Shown here one piece after another: positions 1 to 11,049 of a stretch of 37,586 nucleotides of DNA. The notes beneath the pieces were generated by a model that worked only from the letters and a program-made list of their open reading frames with translations, was not told the origin of the DNA and searched no databases. Source of the stretch: Oopsacas minuta (taxonomy: Eukaryota > Animalia > Porifera); contig JAKMXF010000069.1 of NCBI GenBank assembly GCA_024704765.1, positions 1 to 37,586 on the forward strand, read 5' to 3'. The first letter of the stretch is position 1. Each line of letters starts with the position of its first letter. Both the position numbers and the translations under genes were made by a program.

Positions 1-152
1 ATGAAGTTAGAGTGAGTGACATCCACAAGCTTCTGACTCAGCGACAAAATGTCACCTGTCCTTTGTTGGATTTGGCTCAGTAACGCAGTACGTTCCTCCC
101 TTGAAGCTTTCATCTCAGCCATAATGAGGGCGACAGTTGAATGGACTGCCAT
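1..152 (-). CDS. Open reading frame running off the window start (MAVHSTVALIMAEMKASREERTALLSQIQQ...), possibly the start of a retroelement ORF1-like helical protein
   Basis: ATG at 152 after a pyrimidine-rich leader; 50 codons without a stop to the window edge; no family motif recognised. Confidence 0.25.
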   Translation of the reverse strand, partial: MAVHSTVALIMAEMKASREERTALLSQIQQRTGDILSLSQKLVDVTHSNF

Positions 153-309
153 AGTATGAGGAAAAAAGAAGAATAAAAAATAAAATAAATAAAAACTGAA
201 GAATTTGTTTACAAGAATTATTCTATCACTATTTAAGGTTACTAGCTCTATGCAATACTCTTTTGGAATTGTGTCTGTTTGCATCACGAAGGTATAGGAT
301 TTCAACACT

Positions 310-678
310 TTAATATGAAACAAGTTTAAATCTATTCTGAACCCTTTGCCACTTTTGTCTTGCATTTTTCTCTGTAGGTTTCTGTGATTTCAGGATGCAG
401 ATTTTTTGCTCTATTTCGTCAGGTGAGAATATATTAATGGCTGAATCAGCCAGTTTCTTTTCGTCAAGAATTTTCATGAACTCTTCTGTTCCGGTAGGAC
501 CAGGTTTCAATCCAATATCTCCCGATAAAAGGAGAGGAATAGATAGATTTGGATAATTCCTTAATGATAACCATCGTGAGAAAGGAAATAGATGTTTGTC
601 GTTTGGTATGAGATGAACGGGAACGAATATTAAGAAACAATTTGGTATGGCACTGATGGTGATTATAAAATGCAACAA
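310..678 (-). pseudogene. ORF remnant with a degenerate 2A-like (StopGo) motif LLLSGDIGLKPGP
   Basis: Codons 534-496 read LLLSGDIGLKPGP, two single-base changes (GGA/GAA, AAA/AAY) from LLLSGDIELNPGP. Confidence 0.4.
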
Positions 679-1006
679 ATGTGTACGAGTTATCTGATTT
701 TATCAAGTTAGTCGGGATACACTTAGAGCTCGGATGGATAAGTAGAGTACTTTTATAGAATTGAAGATCATAATTCGTCACCAATGGAATTAAGGATATA
801 GTCCGTGCTTCGAGCTCGAGACCCACAATGTTTCCATCTAGAATGTACATAAAGTACATTATTGGTAATATAATGACGAACTTTGGAATGATAATCATTG
901 TACAGGGTGTAACAAAAGTCTTGGCCGATTCTCAATCGTAGATGGATTTAATATATACTAGTAATTATAGCATACAACGGAAATGCTAGTTAACTGATAG
1001 TTACTA

Positions 1007-2360
1007 CAGTGACGGTCAAAAAGAATTGCTCAGAATAAATTTACCCCAAATTCTTATTCTATGACTGATTTTAACAATAATGCTTTATTATAATCGAGTA
1101 AATTGTTGTTAGTATTTAGTAGTACCTATTCTTGCTTGAATTACGGCTTTACATCTTTGCGGCATACTCTCAATTAGAGTATGGATCCTGTTAATGTCTA
1201 TGCTATCCCAAGTGCTTAATATGGCATTCCACAACTCTGAGTAGTTGGATGAGCTTTTCTCTTGAATTCTGAGGGAAATGTGATCCCAGAGATTCTCAAT
1301 CGGATTTAGATCAGGTGACTGAGCAGGCCAATTCATAATCTCTATTTTTTGCTCACCAAACCATTGCTTAGTACCCTTTGACCTATGGCATGGAGCGTTG
1401 TCTTGCTGAAAGGTCCAGTCAGAATGTAGAGAATGCATATCAACGCTTGGGATTAGTGCATTTTCCAATATATCAATGTAGGAATTTGTCTTGAGGTTCC
1501 CAGATACTTTCCACAAGAGTCCTACGCCACTTTAGCAAAAGCATCCCCAAACCATGATGCCACCTCCACCAGACTTGCAAGTTTTTTGAAGACACCTCTC
1601 TGAGAACTCCTCCCCTTTCATCCTCCTGACGTAGGCTCTCCCGTCATTAGTATACAGAAGGAACCTAGATTCGTCACTGAACACAACTCTTGCCCATTCT
1701 TCAGTATTCCAATTCTTGTGCGATCTTGCGAAGGAAAGTCGGTCTCTTTTGTGCTTGGTAGTAAGGTGGGGCTTCCTTCGCGGTTTTCGTTCGAACAGTC
1801 CAGCCCCTCGTAACCTTCTCTGAACTGTTGAAGTGGAAAGTTTTATCGAAAATTCTGATAACACTTCAGCTTTGATCTGAGTAGCAGTCTTAAATCGATC
1901 CTTTTTGCATTTTCTGACCAATAAATTGTGTTGCCGTTTGGTTGTGACACGAGGCCTACCAGGAATAGCGAGGTCTCTTACCGTGCCAGTCAGCCTGTGT
2001 TTCTTAAGGATCTCGGCTACACTTTTTTGGCTACACCCAACCATTTTAGCTACCTCCCTCTGAGTGTGGCCACTTTCTGAAAGTAGTATCAGGTTGGCTC
2101 GATTTTCAATGGAAATTCGGGGTTTAGAAGGCATTGAAAATTCGATAAAAACAGATAAATTGGAAAAAAAAGAATACAAAATAACAACTGTAAGTTGTGC
2201 AAATATAATGAATGGATTAGCTGTGTTGGTGTGTTACTTGTCAAAATACATATGGCTGAGTATGGTTTCGCAAGAATTCAACTATCTGGTCAGTGTATAC
2301 AATTTGACATTTACTATACTGTATACATTCATTTTGAGTAATTCTTTTTGACCGGCACTG
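1007..2360 (-). mobile_element. Tc1 DD34E element nested in the DD37E element
   Basis: 26-bp TIRs CAGTG(A/C)CGGTCAAAAAGAATT(G/A)CTCA with 2 mismatches; TA TSD at 1005-1006 and 2361-2362. Confidence 0.95.
1109..2134 (-). pseudogene. Tc1 DD34E transposase, intact except one in-frame stop at 1532-1534
   Basis: ORFs 1532-2179 and 1109-1516 are in frame; PGRPR, VVFSDES, IMVWGCF, FQQDNAPCH-34-SPDLNPIENLW. Confidence 0.95.
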
Positions 2361-2464
2361 TATATAGTAACTACATTTATACTATAGGCATATTGAATAT
2401 CTTCAACACTGCTCTCGAATTTTTTTTAGCATATATACCTTAGCAGTTTTTTTCGGGAAAATGA

Positions 2465-3654
2465 ATGTCGGTGATCACGGAGTCGAGCTCGGTTCTAAAG
2501 CAATTGGGATGCTCGAAAGGAGGCATTACTCAAAAAGAGGTAGCTACACGTCTAAATGTTGGAGTAAGATCAGTACAGAGATGGTGGAGTCAACACAAAT
2601 GCGGTGAGACTATAGAGACCAAGCCTCGATCTGGACGGCCTCAAATTTTGAACCGGGTATCACGAATTGTGATTAAGAAATCTTTAAGAAGATGGGGTGT
2701 TGGAAAGCTTTGAAGACAGTGGTATTGTTACCACACAGATGGCCATCCAACTCTTGGCAATGATTTGAAATGATTTTGATGAGTTCTCAGATATCCAGGA
2801 TACAGTGATTGGGGAAAAGGAGGCAATCAACCCGAAAATTGTCGAGGAGACTATCTATCAAAGGAAACCCCATATCTCACATGACAATTCAACGGCACTT
2901 AGCACAAAGGCTTGATACCAGACCCTATTAACGTCCCAAATGGCCAAAAATTACACAAAAAATCAAGGAAAATCGATTGAAATTCGCTCGGGATCATGAG
3001 AATTGGTCTTTCGAAGATTGGAATAAGGTGTTCTGGTCTGATGAATCACCCTTTGAGTTATTTCATTCGCCAAACAGACAGAATGATCGAGTATGGGCAA
3101 TTGGTTCACAAAATATTGAGCCTATTTTTCTGGTCAAATTCCCAGCGAAAATTATGGTCTGGGGAATGATGTCACACAGAGCGCTGTCAGAATTGCACAT
3201 TGTACCCCAAAAACAGACCGTCAATGGAGGCTACTTTAGGAACGAAATATTGAAGCAAACCTGTCTGGATGCGATCGGTCGTAAGCCAAAAAGGGATCCG
3301 TTATTGAGAGGTCCATGTTGATAAACATGTCAGAGTTTCTGTTCATGAAGGATGGTGCCCCCGCACATACGGCCAATGTCACGTAGCAGTGCTGTTCAGA
3401 GAAGTTCCCTTGGTTTTGGAAGAAAGTGGAGTGGCTAGCTAACTCCCCCGACTTGAATCCGATTGAAAATCGTTGGGGTATTTTATATGAACGGTTGGAT
3501 GAAATGGGCTAGGTCACCACGATTCAAGCCCTAATTGCAAACCTAAAAACGGCATAGAAGACGATTTCACCGAAATTACTTCGAAACCTGATGAATGGGA
3601 TGCCTAATCGAATGAAATTAGTTTTAGAAAGAGGTGGTGATTATATTGGTAAAC
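2465..3654 (+). pseudogene. DD37E transposase pseudogene
   Basis: HTH with RSGRP, FWSDES, NRQNDRVW, KIMVWG, KDGAPAH...NSPDLNPIEN with 37 residues between D and E; stops, frameshifts and a 125-bp insertion. Confidence 0.9.
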
Positions 3655-4059
3655 AATTAGATATTGTGACCTTGAAATATTTTATGTGAACCACCATAAT
3701 GCAACCGGCCAGACTTTTGTTACACCCTATATATACAAGCAGTATTCAAGAAGATTAATATATCTCTCCTTGTGCTTGAGTATTTATGTGTTTAATAGTA
3801 TTTCCCCCAGTATTCATTGTAATGTTGTCACAAATTATGTCATATTATTTTATATTAATTATTGATATTCCTTTTATTTCTAGGTGCTAGCAACTCAGAT
3901 ACTTTTTCAAAGGATGCTGAAAAATTACAATGTTGATAACAATGATAAATAATGATATAATAATGATAATTAATGCACTGCAACATATTTATTATGTTTA
4001 ATTTTGTATTTAGTAAAGAACCAGAAGAGAACATTTTATTATGCCATGGCTATACAGCA

Positions 4060-4124
4060 GTGTGCGCACGCGCACACCAACATGGTGTACACGCGATTAC
4101 ACTGGTGTGCACGCGTACACACCA
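4060..4124. repeat. Cluster of CpG-rich palindromic units (GTGTGCGC-AC-GCGCACAC; TGGTGTG-N8-CACACCA), probably a transposon end
   Basis: Two hairpins with 8-bp and 7-bp stems and a third related unit in ~65 bp. Confidence 0.6.
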
Positions 4125-4364
4125 AGCACCTCCATAAACTGCAACATAAATTCCAAAGAATGCTATAGTAATTATTAAGTAAACCCACACGAAGTAAATA
4201 CTCTTAGGGCTATATTTGGTAAAGAGGAATGTAGCAAACAAGATGTGATAACCTGTGATAATTCCAATCCTCGGACATAAATAGAAAATGATCTAGTTCT
4301 AGTTTTAGATTCGTTTTCTCATTAACATTCATTACATTTTGTCTTTGCTATTATAACTTTACTA

Positions 4365-5783
4365 ATGGCCGAACCTCTTGATCAGCCAACCTTTGGGCTG
4401 ATCAAGTCACAAAGAGGAGGAGACTAGCTGTAGGAAGATGGATAATTATATGGAGTGCAGAGGAGTGTTGGAGATGTGACGCATTGGTTGTGTGAGCAAA
4501 AAGGGGTCTGCAAAGCTAGGGTACATATCAAAGGGATGGTGATAGTCAAGCACACGAATGAGCACTCCCATGGGCTTGACGAGCAGGCATGAAGAGGAAA
4601 GCACGGAGTCCCAGGGTAGCACATACAACATAGTGGGCAAGAGTTAGCAAACAGTATCAGAGGGTACTGCTGCTAAACTCCCCAAACTGGACAGCCTGAA
4701 GCGGACGATACAACGCCAACGTGCTAATGTACCTGCAGTTCCAGCACAGCCTACCACTCTAGCAGAGCTAGCTCTACCAGCAGTTTACCAGCAGACAGCC
4801 AAGGGAGAACAGTTCTTACTCTACGACTCTGGTGCAGACGATGTACACAGATTCCTCATCTTCGCGACACAACACAACCTCGGGATGCTACGGCGAAGCA
4901 AGATCTGGCCAGCTGATGGCACCTTCTAGACGGCACCTCTCATCTTCGCCCAGGTGTATGTAGTGCATGGACTTCGTGGAGGAGATGATCCTATGAGGAC
5001 CGGTCATCTGTTACCGAACCTGTTCGTGCTACTGCCCAACAAGACGGGGGCTGCTTACCTGAGGATGTGGGAACAGATCTGCCTACTGTGTCCACTTGCC
5101 CAGCCTCAACAGATGCTCCTGGACATTGAGAAGGGCGCGATTACCAGCTTTGAGCATGTCTGGCCTAACACAGTAGTGAAGGGCTGCTTCTTCCACCTCA
5201 CACAGAATATCTGGCGACATGTGCAGTCTGTAGTGCTGCAGTCTGCCTACACACATGACGAAGAGCTGGCCATGCACACCCGGAAGATACCAGCCCTTGC
5301 CTTTGTCCGACCAGCATACGTACCCGATCTGTTTGATCAAGTGGCAATGCACCTCCACGTCACGCCTGAGATAGGCAAGCTAGTCGAGTACTTTGAGAGG
5401 ACGTATATCGGCCGCACAGTTGCCAGCGGACACCATGTAGCGGCGACGTACCCTATTCACCTGTGGAACAACCACATCGGCACGCTCTTAGGACTCCCCG
5501 TACAACCAACGCCGTAGAGGCATGGCACCGCACCTTCAATGCCACTCTCGGCTGCCATCACCCTACCAAATGGAAGTTGATCCTCTCTCTCAGCGTGAGC
5601 AGGGCCTAGTGGAGGTGCGGCATACTAAGTACCTCGTTGGCAAGCCACCAACCAAGCGGAGGCGGTCCCAACAGAGTGAGGAAGCGTTGAAGACTCTAGT
5701 TCGTGAATATTATCCTCGAGATAGTTCTAAAAATAGATTTCTTGCAGGGTCTAGCACATCATTTCAGTTTGGGAGCCGATTAA
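4365..5783 (+). pseudogene. MULE (Mutator-like) transposase pseudogene with FLYWCH-like N-terminal zinc finger
   Basis: WLCEQKGVCKARVH...HSH; ADGTF; FVLLPNKT..Y; LLDIEKG; VKGCFFHLTQNIWR; YFERTYIG; stops and frameshifts. Confidence 0.9.
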
Positions 5784-5810
5784 CATGTTAATCTAAAGGA
5801 TTATCTCTAA

Positions 5811-7345
5811 CACTGCCCTGCGTCAAATTTACTGATTATTATCCATGGGTTGTTTTTAGCTAACTTGAGTATACTGATTCTCAATCTGTCATCAGAATTC
5901 CCCTATAACGTCTCGTTTTTACTCAAATGTCATTTTAATGCAAGTGGATTTTTTTAAGTACACTTCCCTAGAATAAATGATCATATTTGATACATGTGTG
6001 AATTCTTGTCTTTTGAAATAAACAGATGCGTGCTTTATTGCATTTTCTAATTAGTCCCTTTAACTCTATTCTTTTCTACATAATTTGTTTTAATTTATTT
6101 TTGTTATATACAGCTTTATTGTACTATAGTCTACTATTTTGATATTTTATTATCATATGGCTTATCGCAGAAGGTGCAGTAATGATCCAGACGTCTTTTG
6201 TTATATTTGTGGGAGTTTTATGACTTCTAAACAAACTACGGCAATAACAGGATTTGTTAAAAAAGTATATTTAGAATATTTTGGAATGAGATTAGGTGAT
6301 CAACACAAAACATGGGCTCCACATACAGTGTGCCGATCTTGTGTAGAAAATTTGAGACAATGGACAAAAGGAATCAGAAAGAGTTTAAGTTTTGGAATTC
6401 CAATGATATGGAGAGAGCCACAAAATCACATTAGCGATTGTTACTCTTGTAATGCGAATATTCACGGAATCAATGCTAAAACCATGCCATTGATCAAGTA
6501 TCCAAATTTACATTCAGCAATACGACCCGTTCCCCATTCTATTGATGTACCTGTTCCAAAATTTACTAATTTGGATGTTATCTCGGAAATTGATGATTGT
6601 GAAACTAGAGATTCATTAATTAGAGAAGATGAGGATTTTATTCCGTGTGTATTATCTCGTTCTAATTCTCCACAGTTATTTAATCAGTCTGAATTAAATG
6701 ATTTGATACGTGATTTAGATTTACCTAAAGAATCTGCGGAGTTGTTATGTTCTAGGCTAAAAGAAAAAAAACTTGCTTCTCCCAGAAACAAAATTTTACT
6801 CATATAGGAACAGAGAGATCGAATTTTTAAATATTTCATAATGGAAGGCGGATTTGTGTTTTGTCATGATGTTTCACCGCTAGTTAATGCTCTTGGATGT
6901 CCGTAGGTACTTAATGATTGGAGATTCTTTATTGATAGTTCAAAACAAAATTTGAAGTCCAATTGGACATTCAGTAGGTTTAAAGGAACGATATGATAAC
7001 ATGAAAATTGTGCTTCATAAAATTAATTATAACCAGCTCAATTGGGTAATATGTGGCGACTTAAAAATCATATGCATTCTTTTGGCACAGCAATCAGGAT
7101 ATATAAAATACCCTTGTTTTTTATGCTTATGGGACAGTCGTGCAAAGAGCGAACACTTCTAGACAGAGCTGGCCAGCTAGAACCAATCTTAATGTTGAAG
7201 ATAAGAACATTATTCACGAGCCTCTAGTGGATCCTCTCAAAATTTTGCTTCTACCACTTCATATAAAATTAGGATTGATGAAACTGTTTGTAAGGGCATT
7301 AGATAAAGAAGAAAATTGTCTCAAATATATTACCGAGAAGTTTTA
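5811..7345 (+). mobile_element. 5' part of a Chapaev3-like (CMC superfamily) element with transposase pseudogene 6157-7345; 3' part lost
   Basis: Starts taa|CACTG just after the MULE stop; FCYICG, LGDQHKTWAPHTVCRSC, GIPMIWREPQNHISDCYSC, WRFFIDSSK, ICGDLK, PCFLCLWDSR, PLHIKLGLMK. Family assignment from recalled motifs. Confidence 0.75.
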
Positions 7346-7361
7346 CCCTGAGGAGTACATA

Positions 7362-8740
7362 CAGTCTGTCAACTTGAAATTGGGAAGATCTTTGTTTTTC
7401 CCTAGCTACAAGTACATTTAGTATATTTCTATTCTAAATATGTTATTAGAATGCTTAAACAATCAATGATATAGTAGGCCTAATAATTTATTTCCGTTAC
7501 TTTCCGTACTAATTTGACTCTTTTAGGTATTGATGACCAAAATGGACGTAAAAATTCATGTTCTAAAGAATTCCATACTTCATTTAGCTCCCTTTCCAGC
7601 TCATTTAAATTTCGTGGCGACTTCAAATCGATTTCTCTCTTGATCCACGACCAGAGGTTCTCGGTATGATTCAAATACGGACTACAAGCAGGCCAATCCA
7701 TCTTATGTATCCCTTTCTCCTCCATGTATCCTTTAGCAAGGTTGCACGTGTGTTTGGGATCGTTGTCTTCCTGGAAAACCCATCCATCAGGGTACAAGAC
7801 ACTTGCTTGTTCTACTAAACATTCGTGCAGAATGTCGCAGTAAAGTCCCCCGGTGAGATTTTCTCTGAAAACCTTGATAGGAAACGTTCCACGTGCTGAA
7901 AACGCTCCCCAAACATTCAATTTAGGAGAGTGTTTCGTACTGGGTTTTACTGGTTTCGAATCACCTTTACACAAGACACATACTCTGCCACCAGCTAGCC
8001 AAATGGACATCTCATTGCTAAATATCACTTTCTCCCTAACTCTACATCTGTTAGACTTGGCACAATCGACACGATAAGCCTTATGGGTTTGTGTAAGCAT
8101 CGGAATCTTTCTAGCAACCTTGCAGGTGAAGCCACGGCGCTTAATCTCAATCCTTACAGCCTCGTACGAGAGCGATAGACCCCCCCTTTTGTTAAATTTG
8201 CAAGTCAACTTCATCACAGATAACCTAGGATTGTTGATTGCCAAACCAACAAGTGGTCTAGCGTTATTTGCTTTGATCTGACACTGTTTCTCGGAACCAA
8301 TATTTCTATCAACGGATTCAGCATTCCTCAATTTGTAAACAGTGCGATAAACTGTACTTTTTGGAACTCCAGTTCTTCGAGATATTTCCATACAATTCGT
8401 GATTCCTGTGTCGAAAAGTATCTTGATATTGTTGCGTTGTTCTTACTCGTTCATTTTAAGGTTTTGAATTGATGAAAATAAAGAATTATTAGCGAAGAAA
8501 TAGAAGTGTTGCGAGAAATTCAAGTGATAAATATTTATATAGAATATTTGATTAGTAACTAAGTATAAATTCAAATATTTTGTAACCGTAGTCAGCTAGA
8601 GAAGTTCAGTTGGTTAAGAAATGACTAGAAATAGTTGAAAAACATAAACAATCAATATTATTATGATAACCAATTTGAAAATGTAATTAGGAACATTCTA
8701 ACATCGAAAAAGATTTTCCCAATTTCAAGTTGACAGACTG
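7362..8740 (-). mobile_element. Tc1 DD34E element
   Basis: 25-bp perfect TIR CAGTCTGTCAACTTGAAATTGGGAA; TA TSD at 7360-7361 and 8741-8742. Confidence 0.95.
7480..8454 (-). pseudogene. Tc1 transposase pseudogene (first catalytic D changed to N; N-terminal stop and frameshift)
   Basis: IFSNEMS, KLNVWGAFS, FQEDNDPKH-34-SPYLNHTENLW. Confidence 0.9.
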
Positions 8741-11049
8741 TATATGTAAAAGAGTACAGAACCATGTTCTGTTATGATTGGGGTGAATATCCTCACTTGG
8801 CTAGACTCCAATAGTTTTCATCCCAACTGGGGTAAAAATAAATGCTCAAACTTACCAAAACATTGTTCTAAAGCAGGCTTGTACAACCTTTTATAGAAGT
8901 GGGCCATATTATCATATTCAAACTATGTTGTGAGCCGGGTGTTGATTTTTATTCACAATTTGTAATAACTATATATTTATCAGATTAAATTACTTGTCGA
9001 TAGTTTAGAAATTAATCTTGCAACTTACAAGGATGAAAAATAGAGTTTTAATTAAAGCCCCTAATGTTATAGCAAAAAAACGAAATTATGATAACTAATG
9101 AGATATTTAACACTGCTTGGAGCGAACTATCATTGAAATATCAGGTCTGATTGTTGATATTGCAACTCGAAGCTGATTAGGAGATGTCTGTCAGTAAGGT
9201 TGGTTCTAGCTTTGGTTTTAGTAAACTTCATTTTCGAGAAAAATTGTAAGCAGATGTAGGTACTGCCAAAGACATATACCATCTTAAGTGCATGGTAATA
9301 AAGTATTAAGGGAGCATCTCTAAACTTTTCTCTTAGATGTGACGCACATTGTAGTTCTATTAGTTCAATTTGATATCTTTCTGGAACTAGATCAACATCA
9401 ATATCGAATGTAGACGAGAATATTTTGAAATCTTGTTCGTGGAGATCAAAACTCGCCATCTTATGGGAAAATTCAGTTTTAAGTATTGTTATTTCATCAG
9501 CATATTTGGTCAAATTGATTGATGTGTCTCATTTACAGTAAGTTTATTCAGGCAAGGGAAATGACTAGCATTATTTTCCAGCAGCTGCCTCTCCCAAAGT
9601 CGAAGTTTAAGTTAAAATGCCTTGATATGTTCATAGAGTTGGGTGACAAGTTAATTTTTTCCCTGGAGCTTTGTGTTCAATTAATTAAGGTGTGCTGTTA
9701 TGCCCACGAAAAATGCTAAGTCCATCTGCCAAGACTCATCTTGTATTTCAGGCACATGGTGGTCTTTCATTTCGACGAAAAGTTGGATTTCATGTAAAGA
9801 CTGTCGAATCTAATCAAACAATTTCCCCTACTTAACCAGCGAACCTCGCTGTAATAAGTCACATCGCCATATTCAGCATTTATTTCAATCAGGAATTCTT
9901 TAAACTGTCTGTGATCTAGAGCTTTTGATCGCATGAAGTTTACTGTATTTACAACAACAGACATTACATTATTCATACGGAGACGTTTAGCGCAAAGGTT
10001 TCCCTGGTGAATGATGCAATGAGATATTATTAGATCGGATTCTAAACCTAATATCGATAGCTCTCTCAATGCAAGCGCAACTACGCCTTTTCCCTTTCCC
10101 AACATACAGGGAGCACCGTCCGTAGTTAATCCAATGATTTTGAAGAAAGTTAAATCATATTTCAGCAACGAATTTTTCAGTTCAGCAAACAGTTGTTCTC
10201 CAGTCGTTGTACTTCTCATACTACATACCTCTAATAGATCTTCCGTGATATTAAAATCAGAATCTAAACTTCGGACAAATATTGATAGCTGTGCAGTATC
10301 ACCCACATCAGTAGATTCATGGAGACAAATGGAATAGATACTGATATTTTCTGAACATTTCATCAACAATGCTCCCATATTTTCTGCCAAGTCATCTAGC
10401 CTTCGAGGTATTGTAATACGGGCACAGTGGTTTAGAAGCAAAGAATAGACAAAAAATTGATTACGTATTTGATGGCTTTATTTCATTTTATATTGTTTAA
10501 ATAATTCTCATTTAAAATATCTAAGCGATTGAGAGCCTAGAAGCTGTAAAATTTCTTCATCAAAGATGCGAAATATTCAAAGGAAATTGCGGCTTCATGA
10601 TTTCTAAATTTAGCCCAAATTTCAAATGAACCTGTAGGAGCAATTACATAATCGTATGTTACTAATCTGGTATACTTTATACATTTCAACTATGCTAAAT
10701 CTAAATATCTTGTTTCTATGACTCAATCTTGTATATATTTCGTGAACATGTGATTTCTAAAATCTAGTAAAATCAGTACAGAATTTTTACAAAGAGGGAT
10801 ACTTAAAGTGTCAGGAAAAATAAACAACACAAAACAACAGCGCAAAATGAATCGGGTATTCGCATTACGATTCCTAAAAACATACTCTAAAAGCACAAAA
10901 CCCGAAACAGTGCGCAACCTACAATTTTCAATGACATTCCGCTACAACTTTTGGTGCTAGGACATTGCCATTTTAGCATACTGCAACAATGGAATGAAAT
11001 AATATTGAATTTCGTTCTTGAATTTTATTATAGTGACTTATATATATAA

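Larger units (their letters stand above)
903..3729 (+). mobile_element. ITm (Tc1/mariner superfamily) DD37E element hosting a nested Tc1
   Basis: TIR CAGGGTGTAACAAAAGTCTTGGCCG at 903 and its near-complement ending 3729, both flanked by TA; transposase remnants 2465-3654. Confidence 0.9.

Noticed and set aside
1007-2360. Tc1/IS630-associated Fanzor or TnpB nuclease, or a bacterial IS origin
   Set aside because: All ITm elements are ~1.3 kb after removing nested inserts, with one transposase and no extra RuvC-like ORF; companion families and the intron are eukaryotic
10449-10457. ACAAAAAAT, close to the canonical RSS nonamer ACAAAAACC, 19 bp after the 5' heptamer
   Set aside because: Not present at either 3' end and A-runs are common in this DNA; the 9-mer shared between ends is AAAGAATRG. 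Worth rechecking in a multi-copy logo
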